This document shows, piece after piece, positions 1-13,316 of a stretch of 46,786 nt of DNA. The stretch is from contig NC_068984.1 of assembly GCF_001194135.2 (NCBI RefSeq), positions 5,194,705 to 5,241,490 on the forward strand, read 5' to 3'. A program made the translations under genes and the position numbers. The stretch is from Octopus bimaculoides (taxonomy: Eukaryota). Position 1 is the first letter of the stretch. Every line of letters begins with the position of its first letter. Under the pieces are notes generated by a model. It was not told the DNA's origin. It worked only from the letters and a program-made list of their open reading frames with translations, and ran no database searches.

Positions 1-359
1 GATGATGACGATGATGACGATGATGACGATGATGATGATGATGATGACGATGATGATGATGACGATGATGATGATGATGATGATGATGATGACGACTACG
101 ATGATGATGATGATGATGACGATGATGACGATGATGATGATGACGATGATGATGATGACGATGATGACGATGATGACGATGATGACGATGATGATGACGA
201 TGATGACGATGATGATGATGATGATGATGATGATGACGATGATGATGATGACGATGTTGACTATGATGACGACGATGACGATGATGACAAGTTTGTTGGT
301 GTTTGATGGTGTGGATAGTGATAATGAGGATAACGCTGTTGCTGTCGCTGCTGCTGCTG

Positions 360-409
<50 letters not shown>

Positions 410-440
410 AAAATGTTGCTGATGATGATGATGATGATAA
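1..440. repeat. Compound (GAT/GAC)n trinucleotide microsatellite
   Basis: Read directly; explains the poly-M/T/D ORF 2..451. Confidence 0.97.
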
Positions 441-790
441 AATGCTGCTGATCCTTTTCGGCTGTGATCGTGTGGAATCTGCTGTTATTGTTGTTGCTGT
501 TGTTCATGTTATTGTTATTTTTAAGCACCTGTATATTCCCAGGAGCCACTCGAATCTACGCATGCAATATAAAAAATCTTTGACTCTCTGCCAAATTGAA
601 ATGGATATTCGTCCGCAGCAAGCGATGCCGTCTTTTCTTTTTTTTAAAATTCTTCTTTAGTTATTTATTTTCATATTTATTTATTTATTTATTTACTATA
701 TATATATTCCGGATAAATAACCATAAAAATGTGTTTCCTTGCATTGATGGGAAACTTTGTAGGTATATATGCATTCGTATATATATATAC

Positions 791-854
<64 letters not shown>

Positions 855-1227
855 NNNNNNNNNNNNNNNNNNNNNNNNNNNNNNNNNNNNNNNNNNNNNN
901 NNNNNNNNNNNNNNNNNNNNNNNNNNNNNNNNNNNNNNNNNNNNNNNNNNNNNNNNNNNNNNNNNNNNNNNNNNNNNNNNNNNNNNNNNNNNNNNNNNNN
1001 NNNNNNNNNNNNNNNNNNNNNNNNNNNNNNNNNNNNNNNNNNNNNNNNNNNNNNNNNNNNNNNNNNNNNNNNNNNNNNNNNNNNNNNNNNNNNNNNNNNN
1101 NNNNNNNNNNNNNNNNNNNNNNNNNNNNNNNNNNNNNNNNNNNNNNNNNNNNNNNNNNNNNNNNNNNNNNNNNNNNNNNNNNNNNNNNNNNNNNNNNNNN
1201 NNNNNNNNNNNNNNNNNNNNNNNNNNN

Positions 1228-1259
<32 letters not shown>

Positions 1260-1708
1260 TTATTTGTATATGTATATATATACAGATAGATGTTTTTATA
1301 TATGTGTGTGCGTGCGTGTTTATGTGTATGAGTGCGTGTGTGTGTGTGAGTGTGTGTGTAAATGTGGAGGCAGCGTTAGTCACCGAGCCAAGTTGCCTGC
1401 GTATGAAGTGAAGTACGCAACACCTTTGAAGGGAGAATTTATAATTTTACATTCTTAAAACTACTTCCATCTTGTTGGACGTTTCATCTACCGGACAGCA
1501 GAAATGCTTCTCATATATTGAATAGATTCGAGTACAGTCGGGTGTGAAAAGACTTATTTTCACAAATGTAATCTAAGACGAAAATTTTCTCGTGGGACTA
1601 TTTCGGCAATGGAAGGCCATTTTACATCCGAATGTACTCAAACATATCAAATATGACTTCACACGAATATATTATTATCAACTGTAGGAAATCTGTTTTT
1701 TTTGTACA

Positions 1709-2176
1709 TTTTACTTGGTTCAGTAGAAGGACTGAGGCCATGCTGGGGCATTGTGTTGAAGGGTTTTAGGGGAACAAACTGACCCAGTATTCATCCTTCT
1801 TACACATCAGGTGCATATTTTATTACTCTCTTTCGATGAACTTCTGAGTTTACGAAGACGAAAACAAAGCAGCACCGGTTGTCGAGCTGTGGGGTGGAAC
1901 ATACACAAACACATACACACGCACACACACGCATACAAACATACGCCCGCACACATTCACACACACACACAGACAAATACACGCACGCACACACACACAC
2001 ACACACTTAAACAATGGGCTTCTTTTCAGTTTCCGTCTACCAAATTCACTCACAAGCCATTGGTCGGTGCGGAGTTTTAGTAGAAGGTACGCACCCAGGG
2101 TGCTGCGGTGGGGGTCTGAGCTCGAAGCCACGTGCTTGCCAAGCGACTTTCTTGCCCATACAGTAGTGCCTGTGCC
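1709..2176 (-). mobile_element. tRNA-type SINE, family AC (head + internal microsatellite + tail), old copy
   Basis: Head/body GGGCTTCTTTTCAGTTTCCGTCTACCAAATTCACTCACAAG at 2015 onward; tail TTTTACTTGGTTCAG..GGCCATGCTGGGGCA at 1709; mixed (CA)n between. Homologous to copies at 17173, 20798 and 37823. Confidence 0.8.
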
Positions 2177-2987
2177 GATCTGCTTACCCTTAAATTACAA
2201 TGGAGGCTTATTTACAGGGATCTGTTTGATAATTTCTTTTAGAGGATTGTAATGTCACTGGAGAGCTGATAACGATATTTGCTAATCGAAGAGATGAGAT
2301 TCTTTTGGAAGAAGTGGTAATCACCATACGCACACACATACATGATGTATATGGCGGGTTTCCTCACAGTTTTCGCTCACCAGTATTATTCACAATGTAT
2401 TGATCACCCCGAGCTTTCAGTAGAACACATTTGATTAAGATGCTACATTGTGGGATCGAACTGGAGACCATGAGATGTGAAGTGTCTTTCACAAGCAGTT
2501 AGCCTTAGATGCACGTATATATATGGAAGATAAATACGTCGATTCAAATTAGGAAAGTTGGAAAGTTTCAAATGTAATTTACTAAAGGCAGAAAAATTAT
2601 TATGGCAGGTCACGTTCGTTTGAATTATTTTCATTCTATTATGAAACAAACATACATGGAATAAGAAGAGCAATTTCTCGTTATGTAGACATAATAGTAT
2701 ACACAGAGGGTTGATACTGCGCACTATTCACAAGGAGATAATTATGATGTTTCTAATTAAGACCAACTGAACATTAATACAGCATTGTAACTCATATATT
2801 TGCGCGCGCGCGCGTGTATGTGTGTGTGTGTGTGTGCGTGTGTGTGTTTGTATACTACTATCGAATTGTATGAACAAGTGCTCAATGCCGCATTGGTAGA
2901 TACCTATTCTCTATTTGTGAATTAAGAAGGCTACCGATGGGTTTTGAGTTACTTTACAATTGTTCAAGCGTACCATATGGTATACAC

Positions 2988-3031
<44 letters not shown>

Positions 3032-3055
3032 GTCTGTCTGTCTGTCTGTCTGTCT
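2988..3055. repeat. (TCTA)n(TCTG)n microsatellite abutting the Tx1 fragment
   Basis: Read directly. Confidence 0.97.
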
Positions 3056-3738
3056 AACAGGAGACAAAATTAACCGGGCAAAGTCAGTGGCCTTGCGGCT
3101 CGGCACCTGAAGAAGCAAGCCCATGCCGTCCAACAGCGTCTCCATCGTGGGACGTTGGACCGATAGACTGGTTAAATTGCTCGGAGTCTGGTTCGGTCCT
3201 GACCTCCAAATGGAGAAGACTGGGGCGAAATAACTACTGGGGTGGCCACTCTCACCCAGCAATACGCCGAGAGCAAGCTATCCCTAAAATGTCGGACTAA
3301 GGTTTCGAATGCGTACATCGCATCCGTCATCGATTACCGTCTGTCCGTCGTACCTTGTCCCGAACCTACCATCACCAAACTGAAACGCATACTCTTCCGA
3401 TTCTTGTGGAAGGGAAGCATTCCGATGGTTAGGCGATCCATTTCCTGTCAACACCTGCTAAATGGAAGGCTAGGCATGCCGTGGTTGATGATGCGCAGAC
3501 ATTCGCCAAGACTGCGACATCTCCGGCGCTTCATAGACGACGGTGAACAGGTGTGGTCACCGTTTGTGCGGTGCGCTTTCCCGCAGCTCGTCTCCTTGGC
3601 CGAACTGCAGTCGTGGATCAAACAGAGACTGAAGCTAGGCGAATGGCACTGTGAGTGTCTCGTTGCTCTCAAGCAACTCTGCCGTCGGGGAACAAACGTG
3701 TGCGACTTCATTACAACAAAGGCGTTCTATAGAGGATT
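3056..3738 (+). mobile_element. L1/Tx1-clade LINE ORF2 fragment (post-RT region), 5'-truncated; 3' end lost in gap
   Basis: Translates TGDKINRAKSVALRLGT*RSK..VKLLGVWFGPDLQMEK, then after a 1-nt frameshift WGEITTGVATLTQQYAESKLSLKCRTKV..YIASVIDYRL..ILFRFLWKG..GRLGMPWL, typical of L1/Tx1 ORF2 after the RT core. GC-rich relative to flanks; one stop, one frameshift. Confidence 0.88.
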
Positions 3739-4366
3739 NNNNNNNNNNNNNNNNNNNNNNNNNNNNNNNNNNNNNNNNNNNNNNNNNNNNNNNNNNNNNN
3801 NNNNNNNNNNNNNNNNNNNNNNNNNNNNNNNNNNNNNNNNNNNNNNNNNNNNNNNNNNNNNNNNNNNNNNNNNNNNNNNNNNNNNNNNNNNNNNNNNNNN
3901 NNNNNNNNNNNNNNNNNNNNNNNNNNNNNNNNNNNNNNNNNNNNNNNNNNNNNNNNNNNNNNNNNNNNNNNNNNNNNNNNNNNNNNNNNNNNNNNNNNNN
4001 NNNNNNNNNNNNNNNNNNNNNNNNNNNNNNNNNNNNNNNNNNNNNNNNNNNNNNNNNNNNNNNNNNNNNNNNNNNNNNNNNNNNNNNNNNNNNNNNNNNN
4101 NNNNNNNNNNNNNNNNNNNNNNNNNNNNNNNNNNNNNNNNNNNNNNNNNNNNNNNNNNNNNNNNNNNNNNNNNNNNNNNNNNNNNNNNNNNNNNNNNNNN
4201 NNNNNNNNNNNNNNNNNNNNNNNNNNNNNNNNNNNNNNNNNNNNNNNNNNNNNNNNNNNNNNNNNNNNNNNNNNNNNNNNNNNNNNNNNNNNNNNNNNNN
4301 NNNNNNNNNNNNNNNNNNNNNNNNNNNNNNNNNNNNNNNAGAGATAGAGAGAGAGAGAGCGAAAGA

Positions 4367-4402
<36 letters not shown>

Positions 4403-4525
4403 AGTTTGCTCTCATGTGTTTATTCCCTCCTTGCTTGAGGTTACCGTGGTTTTATCAGTAGGCATTTCTTTCCACGGATAAACCTAATCTTGCTTTTTAC
4501 ATTTTTAAAAGTCTTCTGTGATACA

Positions 4526-4580
4526 CGATCCCTTTTGATCTCCTTTAAAAAAAAAAAAAAATTTCCGATCCCTTTTGATC
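4526..4580. other. A15-containing 25-bp insert flanked by a 15-bp direct repeat
   Basis: CGATCCCTTTTGATC at 4526-4540 and 4566-4580; A-run at 4547-4561. Confidence 0.75.
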
Positions 4581-5927
4581 AGAGTTTTACTTTATTTTCT
4601 CATCTTCCCCCTTTTCTTTTTCATTTTTGAAAAGAAAAGCACTACAATTGTATTTGTCTCCTCTGTGTATAAATAATATATATATAAATAATATATACAT
4701 GCATATATACATGCGTATATATATGCATATATGGGCACAAGACGTCACGAAACTTGTACAACAAAAAATACCAAGCACAAGTGCATGGAGTATGAACTAT
4801 TTTTCGAAAAGCGAAAGACACAAATGGAAAACAAAACAAACAACATAAAGGACGACCCTACATCAGTTGTTGGCTGTTTTTCTAGTCTCGTACTTCAAGC
4901 ACTTAACAACAATATACGCTTTCGATAAAACAGTTGCCTACGCAAAGCAAATTAAATAAAATTAGGAATTTTTGCGGAGGGTCAAAATAGGTAACACAAA
5001 CAGGACCGTGAAAACAAACAGGAAGGACTGCTAAGCCTAAACGAGGTTGTGGTGGCGAACGCGTAAATCAGGCTGTGACAGGAGACAAACAAGAACACGT
5101 CTTCCTTGTTCCAGTTACAACGGAGAAAAAGAAGTAGGAAACACAAGTTAGGAGAAGAAAGAAAGATAGCCGATGGTCACGTGGGAGCCATATGAGCAAG
5201 GGAAGCGTGTGTATGTATGTAATGCGCACAGATAAAACACAGGCAAACGTGAAAACGTACATATGTACTGAAGACGTTTATGAGTGAATGTTTTACTGAA
5301 ATCTTTATGAGATTTCAAACTTTAAGGATTAATAATAAAGCAATATTAAGTGGAAGATATTATATATCTTATATGTAACATATTTTATATGTTCCACTTA
5401 GTTGCAATGTCTAGATTTATTTTCGAAATTACTGTTTTACAATCACTCAATGTTTATTTGCAACACAAACTCTAATCCGTCAGCACGGATTAGAGTATTC
5501 TTACGATTGTGTCTTGAAATGGTGCCAACGATTTCAAGTTAATTCATTGAACATTTTCATAAAAGCCACTAACGACAACAACAACAACAACAGAAGAAGA
5601 AGAACAACAACAGCAATGATGATGATAATATTAATGATTTCTAATTTATGCACAACGAGCAATACATACACACACCCCACTAAAACACACACACACACAC
5701 ACACACACACATCTATATATATATATTTATATATATATANNNNNNNNNNNNNNNNNNNNNNNNNNNNNNNNNNNNNNNNNNNNNNNNNNNNNNNNNNNNN
5801 NNNNNNNNNNNNNNNNNNNNNNNNNNNNNNNNNNNNNNNNNNNNNNNNNNNNNNNNNNNNNNNNNNNNNNNNNNNNNNNNNNNNNNNNNNNNNNNNNNNN
5901 NNNNNNNNNNNNNNNNNNNNNNNNNNN

Positions 5928-5961
<34 letters not shown>

Positions 5962-6260
5962 TATATATACACACGTATGCATATACATACATGCGTATGA
6001 GTATGTCTGTATGTATGAGAGTAGTGGAAAAACAAAATTTAACTTATTGCATCTTTTGCCCAGATCAAATCTTTAAGCAACATATTCATTTGTATGTCTA
6101 CTGCACAGGTTTACATAAATCGAAGCCTGATGTAGTGTGCATTGGTTTGTCTGTTGACAGGACTCTGATATCAAAACAAAGTGTCATACACTCACAGCAA
6201 TCATATTTGTGTCTTCAGGTCTCTGGTGTTTCTAAATTCGATGGGATTCTTTCTGTTTTT

Positions 6261-6567
6261 TTTCTTTTACTTTTATTTGTTTCAGTCGTTTTGACTGCGG
6301 CCATACTGGAGCATCGCCTTCAGTCGGGCAAATCGACCCCAGGACTTATTCTTTGTAAGCCTAGTACTTATTTCATCGGACCCTTTTGCCAAACCGCTAA
6401 GTTACGGGGACGTAAACACACCAGCATCGGTTGTCAAGCGATGTTGGCGGGGAGAGGGCACACACACAAACATACACATACGTACATGCCCAAGGTGCCA
6501 TGCAGTGGGACTGAACCCTGAACCCTGAACCATGTGGTTGGTAAGCAAGCTACTTACCACACAGCCA
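6261..6567 (-). mobile_element. SINE family AC, internally deleted copy
   Basis: Minus-strand head TGGCTGTGTGGTAAGTAGCTTGCTTACCAACCACATGGTTCAGGG (6487-6567); tail ..GGGGTCGATTTGCCCGACTGAAGGCGATGCTCCAGTATGGCCGCAGTC. Confidence 0.88.
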
Positions 6568-7326
6568 GTCATGTGATGTCGACACCTTTGATAAGATCCT
6601 AATATAGGTCGAAAATCAATTAACTCTGGGCATAATTTTCTGCAATCTCCGGAGAAATACGTAAATTTGGCATATATTAGGGATATGTTCCGATGGTAAA
6701 TATTTAGTGTTTTGGAGTCATTCAGGTGGAATCATCGCTTGAAATATCTCTGTACTTTTGTGGTTTACCATATATTCAAACAGATCCCATTGATTTCTTC
6801 AGTTTGCTCCTCCAACCGCAAAATAAGCTATACTCAGCTGTTGTTTAAATTAATTCTGCTAATCCAAATTGTGTATTTAACCTTAATAACATTTTACAAT
6901 TACACTTGAAGGATGTGAAATTCTCACACTTAATGGCTGTTTTTACACCTAAATTCCATCAACTAACCCTAAACTTTACCCTAAGATCCCCAGATATTTC
7001 AAAACAAATGAATTTAATTTTGCCATTCTCTGTTAAAAAGGCTAAATACAACATGACACAAATCAAATTATTGATAGCTACTTGTTTCCAACACCAAATA
7101 ATATCTGTACATTTGGAGAGGAGAATCACTCATACAATATGGATGACATAAGGTGAATAATTGCTACCCAGTATGCTCGTTTGCTACTATCTCGTGAAAT
7201 TATGCAAAATATAATTGAATAGCCAGGTTTTCGGTGCCAAAATAATAAAAACAAAAGGGCAGCAGAAGATATTGTTGTTGTCATTATCATCATCATTGGT
7301 GTTGTAGTCCATTGTGTTAGGAGAAC

Positions 7327-7344
7327 GGTAATATTAATAATAAC

Positions 7345-7403
<59 letters not shown>

Positions 7404-7696
7404 TAAAATAATGATAATAATAATGATAATCATCATCATCATCACCCTCTCCCTCATCCCCTTCTACCTCCACCTTCCCCTCTTCACCATCATCATCGTC
7501 ATCATAATATTGGTGGTGGATTGTCGCCTTCTTCCTCTTCGTCATTGCCGACGTCGTCTTCGTCGTCGTCGTCGTCGTCGTCCTCCTCCTCCTCCTCCTC
7601 CTCATCATCATCATCATCGTCGTCATCATCATCATCATCATCATCATCGTCGTCATCATCATCATCATCGTCGTCATCATCATCATCATCGTCGTC

Positions 7697-7728
<32 letters not shown>

Positions 7729-7894
7729 CATCGTCGTCGCCGTCGTCTTCGTCGTCGCCGTCGTCATCATCACCACCACCACCACCAACAACATCACCAT
7801 CATCATCACCAACAACATCACCATCACCACCATAAACACCACCATTCTTCCTCCTCCTCTCCCTCTCCTCTTCCTTGTCCTCTTCATCGTCCAT

Positions 7895-7942
<48 letters not shown>

Positions 7943-7974
7943 GGATATTGTAGTTGTTATTTTCATAATCATCA

Positions 7975-8014
<40 letters not shown>

Positions 8015-8040
8015 AATTGTTGTCGACGATGCTGTTATTA
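7327..8040. repeat. Compound trinucleotide repeat block (AAT, CAT/CGT, CCT, CAC, ACT, ATT)
   Basis: Read directly; source of poly-I/H/R/S/D/T ORFs in all frames. Confidence 0.95.
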
Positions 8041-8905
8041 CTGTTATCAATATTATGTATTGTAATGCCATTACGCCCATGTTTTCGCAGGAACTGAACA
8101 TATTATTCCAGCGCAGAAATTAAATGAAGAATTAATTAATTGAATTCCAGTATTCTCCTTCCTTATTCTCCACACCCTAGTACCAACACGACGACGACGA
8201 TGACCATCACCACTACCACCACCATCACTACTACCAACACCACCATTACCACCATCTGTAAGCTTGCTAATTTTTTGAAAGAAGAGAGACATGTTGGATT
8301 GTTGGGTTGGTGGTTTGGTATTTTCGAACGTATCCTTTAATTCTCTTCTCTGGCCAATGAACATAGTTTCTTGTTTGTTTTTATTTAATCACGTCATGTC
8401 TCTTTTTTTGTTCTTTTTTTAAAAATAATCTATGTTATGATTTTGTTGTTGATATTGTTATAATGAGAAATCACTTGCTCGTTGTTTGTATGTATGTTTA
8501 TGTCTGTTCTTTTTTTCTCTATTCAATGTAACTGGTGCGCTGAAAATGAAATCTTTGTTAAATAAAATGCTGTTGTTGTTACTTTACATTATCAAGTAAT
8601 CTTGTAAGTGAGATCAATGTTAAATGAATTAGATTCAATAATTGAGAGGTGAAATGGCCAAGACAACGGTTTTGTTTATCTTTATTGTTGAATTTTAATG
8701 ACTTTACTCACAGTTTAGCCATTGCCTCTTCAATATTTTTGTTCTATTTATTTATTTCTTGTTTCATATTGTTGAGTCTGGAGAAATCTATGATCTGTAG
8801 TTACATTCGAATCATTAAAGTAAACGTAGCAGCGTTCATGCATGTTAATCGTTTCGGAAAAATGAGCCTCGGAAACACAAACAAAGCTACACATATATAT
8901 ATAAA

Positions 8906-9915
8906 CAGGGTTGGACAAAATAATGGAAACACCTTAAAATTTCAAACAAATTTATTTTAATATGGGGCAGGACCGTTTTGACAGTAATTACAGGTGGAAT
9001 TCTACGAGGTATGGACTCGTACAAAGTTTCAATTATTTCCAAAGGAATTTTTGTTCATTCTTCAGTTAAAACAGTCTCCAGTTCTTGTAGTGATGATGGT
9101 GAAAGGTATCGACTCCTTACTTGTTTTTCTAAAATGTACCATAAATGTTCAATAATATTGAGATCTGGGGACTGTGGTGGCCAGATAAGATATTCAACTT
9201 TACCAGAATGTTCCTCGTGCCATTCAGTAACAACTTTAGCTGTGTGAATTGGTGCATTATCATCCTGAAAGATTGCGTTTCGATCCGGAAAAATTTCCGC
9301 AACACTAGGATGAATTTGATCAGATAAAATGCTTAAATAGTCTGTACTATTAATTCTGCCATGAAGGGAAACCATTGGACCGGCGGATTTCCAATATATA
9401 TCCCCATTCCCACCCCAGATCATCATAGACCCTCCTCCATGTTTAACAATTGGAAGAAGGCAGTCTGGGTCAAATGCTTCTTTTGGTTGTCTCCACACAT
9501 ATACTCGGCCGGTGGTCGGAAATAAGGTAATGGATGACTCGTCCGAGAAAATAACATTCTTCCACTGCTCTAGGGACCAATTCTGTAAGTTTTTACTCCA
9601 CTCTAAACGTTTTGCAACGTTTGTTTTTGAAAGTAGTGGTTTTTCTGATTGCAGCCCTCCCGTGAAATCCAACTTTGTGCAGCTCCCGGTGAACAGTTTT
9701 TGTGGAAACTTGGTCCTCGAAGTGGTCATTAAACTCTGCGGTAATTTTGGGAGCTTACTTTTGTGATCCTTTCTAACAATTCACAAAAGAGTCCAACTGT
9801 CCCTATCTGAAAGTTTTGGTTTTCTTCTGGTGTTTTGTTTCGACAAGGAGGTTTTTCCCCCTTTCTGAAAGGCTGTCATTATTTCGAGACAATACTTCTT
9901 CATACACCAAACATT
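8906..9915 (-). mobile_element. Tc1/mariner transposon remnant, DD36E transposase, one TIR retained
   Basis: ORF 9055..9729 contains FSDES, HGGGSMMIWG, FQDDNAPIHT and WPPQSPDLNIIEHLW, with 36 residues between the second D and the E. Frameshifted N-terminal part (RKPKLSDRD..TVHRELHKVGFHGRAAIR) extends to about 9915. Past a stop, the C-terminus reads TKIPLEIIETLYESIPRRI. TIR-like CAGGGTTGGACAAAATAATGGAAACACC at 8906; other end replaced by microsatellite. Confidence 0.93.
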
Positions 9916-9959
9916 GTATATGCATAAACATTGTATATGTATATACACGCATGTATATG

Positions 9960-10004
<45 letters not shown>

Positions 10005-10075
10005 TATATATATAGAATCGTGTATATGTCTGTATGTGTGTGCGTGCGCACATGTCTCTGTGTGTTTGTGTCTGC

Positions 10076-10172
<97 letters not shown>

Positions 10173-10236
10173 GAGAGAGACTACATGTGTTAAAGACTTT
10201 CTGACAAGATTATAATTGAATTTAACAGAAACAAAA

Positions 10237-10438
10237 CCCCCGAAATTATATTTGGAAGGGGGCGCTAATTGATTAAATCATCCCAAATAGTATGTTGATA
10301 TTTATTTCATCGACCCAGAAAGGACGAAAGGAAAAGAAGTTGGCCTCGGCAGAATTTGAGATAAGAACGTAAAGATGGATGAAATGCCGCTAAGCATTTT
10401 CCTCGGCGTCCTAACCATTCTGCCAGCTCCACCGCCTT
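10237..10438 (-). mobile_element. tRNA-type SINE, family B, diverged copy
   Basis: Minus strand starts AAGGCGGTGGAGCTGGCAGAATGGTTAGGACGCC..AAATGCTTAGCGGCATTTC; homologous to 28978 and 41673. Confidence 0.85.
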
Positions 10439-10517
10439 AAAGACAAATGTTTCATTAAAAATTTTATTGTGACGTAACAGCATACAAATATATGCAGAAT
10501 AGCGTAAACAAGACTGA

Positions 10518-10557
<40 letters not shown>

Positions 10558-10564
10558 ACATACA

Positions 10565-10595
<31 letters not shown>

Positions 10596-10705
10596 CCATA
10601 TTGTTATGTATTCAGGTACTGGGTGACATGATGAATGTTTGGTAGTGTCAGATTGCATACAAGCTTATGTGTTGAGCATAGCTGTGCAATGTGCCATGCT
10701 GTATG

Positions 10706-11053
10706 CCTGAACCCGACGACATGGTGTTCAACGGAAACAGCCTGCTGGTGAAATTAACGTACAAGTGTCTGAGCACTCCACAGACACGTGTACCCTTAAT
10801 GTAGTCCTCGGGGAGATTCACTGTGACACAGAGTGTGACAAGGCTGGCCTCTTTAAAATACGGATACAGGAGAAACAGGAAGTAAGAGTGAGAGAAAGTT
10901 GTGGTGAAAGAGTACAGCAGGGTTCGCCACTACCCCTCGTAGAGCTTTAGATGTTTTTGCTCAATAAACACCCACAACGTCCTGTCTGGGGATCGAAACA
11001 GCGATCCTATGATCGCGAGCCTGCTGCCCTAACCACTGGGCCATTGCGCCTCC
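10706..11053 (-). mobile_element. tRNA-type SINE, family D
   Basis: Head GGAGGCGCAATGGCCCAGTGGTTAGGGCAGC with B-box-like GTTTCGATCCC; 3' body homologous to 41192-41484 and 28569-28820. Confidence 0.85.
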
Positions 11054-11066
11054 ACACACACACACT

Positions 11067-11119
<53 letters not shown>

Positions 11120-11144
11120 ACACANNNNNNNNNNCACACACACA

Positions 11145-11181
<37 letters not shown>

Positions 11182-11640
11182 ACACACACACATCAGCTGA
11201 AGGCCGAATGACTAAGAAAAGATATTGACTCGTCTTGTGAATGTTGTGAATCGGGGAAGTAATGAGAAAAGACACGGAAAATCCCGAATGTAATATAGTT
11301 CGGAGAAATGTGTTTATAATTTATAAAGCGGAGATGACTCACATACATGAAGATGGAAGTGGAGAGGAGGAAAAGAACTGTACATTTACGACACCTACAA
11401 CTCTCCATACATTTGTGTCTTCCTCTCTTCGTTCGTCGTTCCATATAGTTGCGTATTCTCTCTGCTTCTTCATCTACCCACATATGTCTACAGACTAACT
11501 TCGGTACGTTTGTGTTCGTTTCCCATTACTTTGACAACTAACAAGATGAAACGATATAGAAATATATTTCTTAAGTAATTCACCTTTCAGTTACAATACA
11601 ACACTACGAAATAAACACACATGTATGTATGTGTACATAC

Positions 11641-11685
<45 letters not shown>

Positions 11686-12680
11686 NNNNNNNNNNNNNNN
11701 NNNNNNNNNNNNNNNNNNNNNNNNNNNNNNNNNNNNNNNNNNNNNNNNNNNNNNNNNNNNNNNNNNNNNNNNNNNNNNNNNNNNNNNNNNNNNNNNNNNN
11801 NNNNNNNNNNNNNNNNNNNNNNNNNNNNNNNNNNNNNNNNNNNNNNNNNNNNNNNNNNNNNNNNNNNNNNNNNNNNNNNNNNNNNNNNNNNNNNNNNNNN
11901 NNNNNNNNNNNNNNNNNNNNNNNNNNNNNNNNNNNNNNNNNNNNNNNNNNNNNNNNNNNNNNNNNNNNNNNNNNNNNNNNNNNNNNNNNNNNNNNNNNNN
12001 NNNNNNNNNNNNNNNNNNNNNNNNNNNNNNNNNNNNNNNNNNNNNNNNNNNNNNNNNNNNNNNNNNNNNNNNNNNNNNNNNNNNNNNNNNNNNNNNNNNN
12101 NNNNNNNNNNNNNNNNNNNNNNNNNNNNNNNNNNNNNNNNNNNNNNNNNNNNNNNNNNNNNNNNNNNAAGACAATCAGGAAAGTAGATGGAGACGTATGC
12201 TGTGAGAAACTGAATTATTAATACCATGGAAATATGGTGGTAATTGCGGCGATTCTTCGTTTACTAGAGATGTACTTGCGGTAGATTTAACCCATCGCTC
12301 AGTTAAACATCACAGACGCCGACACCAGAACTTCCACCACCGACACCCACTATCACTTCCTCCTCCTCCTCCTCCTGGCATTCGGGTACTTTTAGCGGTG
12401 TTCATTCTGATGTGAGTTTCCTGATTAAGTTTCCTGCCTCAACGCAACGCATCTTCTTGATGTTCAGATTCCTAAGCTGCAGCTCCAGTTCGATTCCTCG
12501 CCTAACCAAAATTGCTATTGTCTTTTATTTCGAGATAATCATATGGAAGCTGTTCATAAGTTTCATCTCTCTGGAACTGTTTGCTCCTGAAACGCCAAGA
12601 GAATACAATTTGCCTTTTCGTTGGCCATAGAAACAAGGACAAACACTATGACGTTTTTTAGGATCTCCAAGACTGGAGAG

Positions 12681-12715
<35 letters not shown>

Positions 12716-13096
12716 AGAAGGAAATAAATGAATGAATGAATGAATGAATGACGGAAGGAAGGAAGGAAGATATTCAGAACAAAATGCCCACAGAAATGCT
12801 TGCAACACTGAATTTGGTTGATGGAAACATGTATGAATGTGTCTGTCTGTATTCTGCTAAAACCATTCAGCGACACGATGGCAGTAAGATCAGGCGATTT
12901 AAAGTGGAGATATTCCTTCAGGCTTTTAATATCTATTGGATTTCATAGCTGTTTTGAGGTGCCAGAAATTTGGCGTCCTTGGGAGAAAGAACTGAGGTTA
13001 ATGGTTAATGCACGCCAATTAGACACTGCACGGGTGAAGAGAGAGAGAGAGAAAAAAAACAACTATTGAGTCGGTGGTTTTGAGTGGAGGGAATAC

Positions 13097-13314
13097 AATA
13101 TTGTCTTCTACTCTGGGCACAAGGCTCGAAATTTTGTGGCGAGGGGACCAGTCGATTAGATCGACTCTAGTACACAACTGGTACTTAATTTATCGGCCCC
13201 GAAATGATGCAAGGCAAAGTCGACCTCGGCGGAATTTGAACTCAGAATGTTAAGACACGAAATACCACTAAGCATTTCGCCCGGCGTGCTATTGTTTCTA
13301 CCAGCTTGCCGCAT
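13097..13314 (-). mobile_element. SINE family B, full length
   Basis: Head-to-tail match to the other B copies (TTCAAATTCCGCCGAGGTCGACTTTGCC..GTCGATCTAATCGACTGG). Confidence 0.92.
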
Positions 13315-13316
13315 TG

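Noticed and set aside
2-451. 149-aa poly-M/T/D ORF
   Set aside because: Translation of the (GAT/GAC)n microsatellite.
7126-8123. Overlapping long ORFs (poly-M, H, R, S, D, I) on both strands
   Set aside because: Stop-free trinucleotide repeats open in several frames at once; no unique coding sequence or splice support.
12300-12650. Peptide-like minus-strand stretches (RDETYEQLPYDYLEIKDNSNFG; CRWWKFWCRRL)
   Set aside because: Interrupted by stops, no paired splice sites, no recognisable family.
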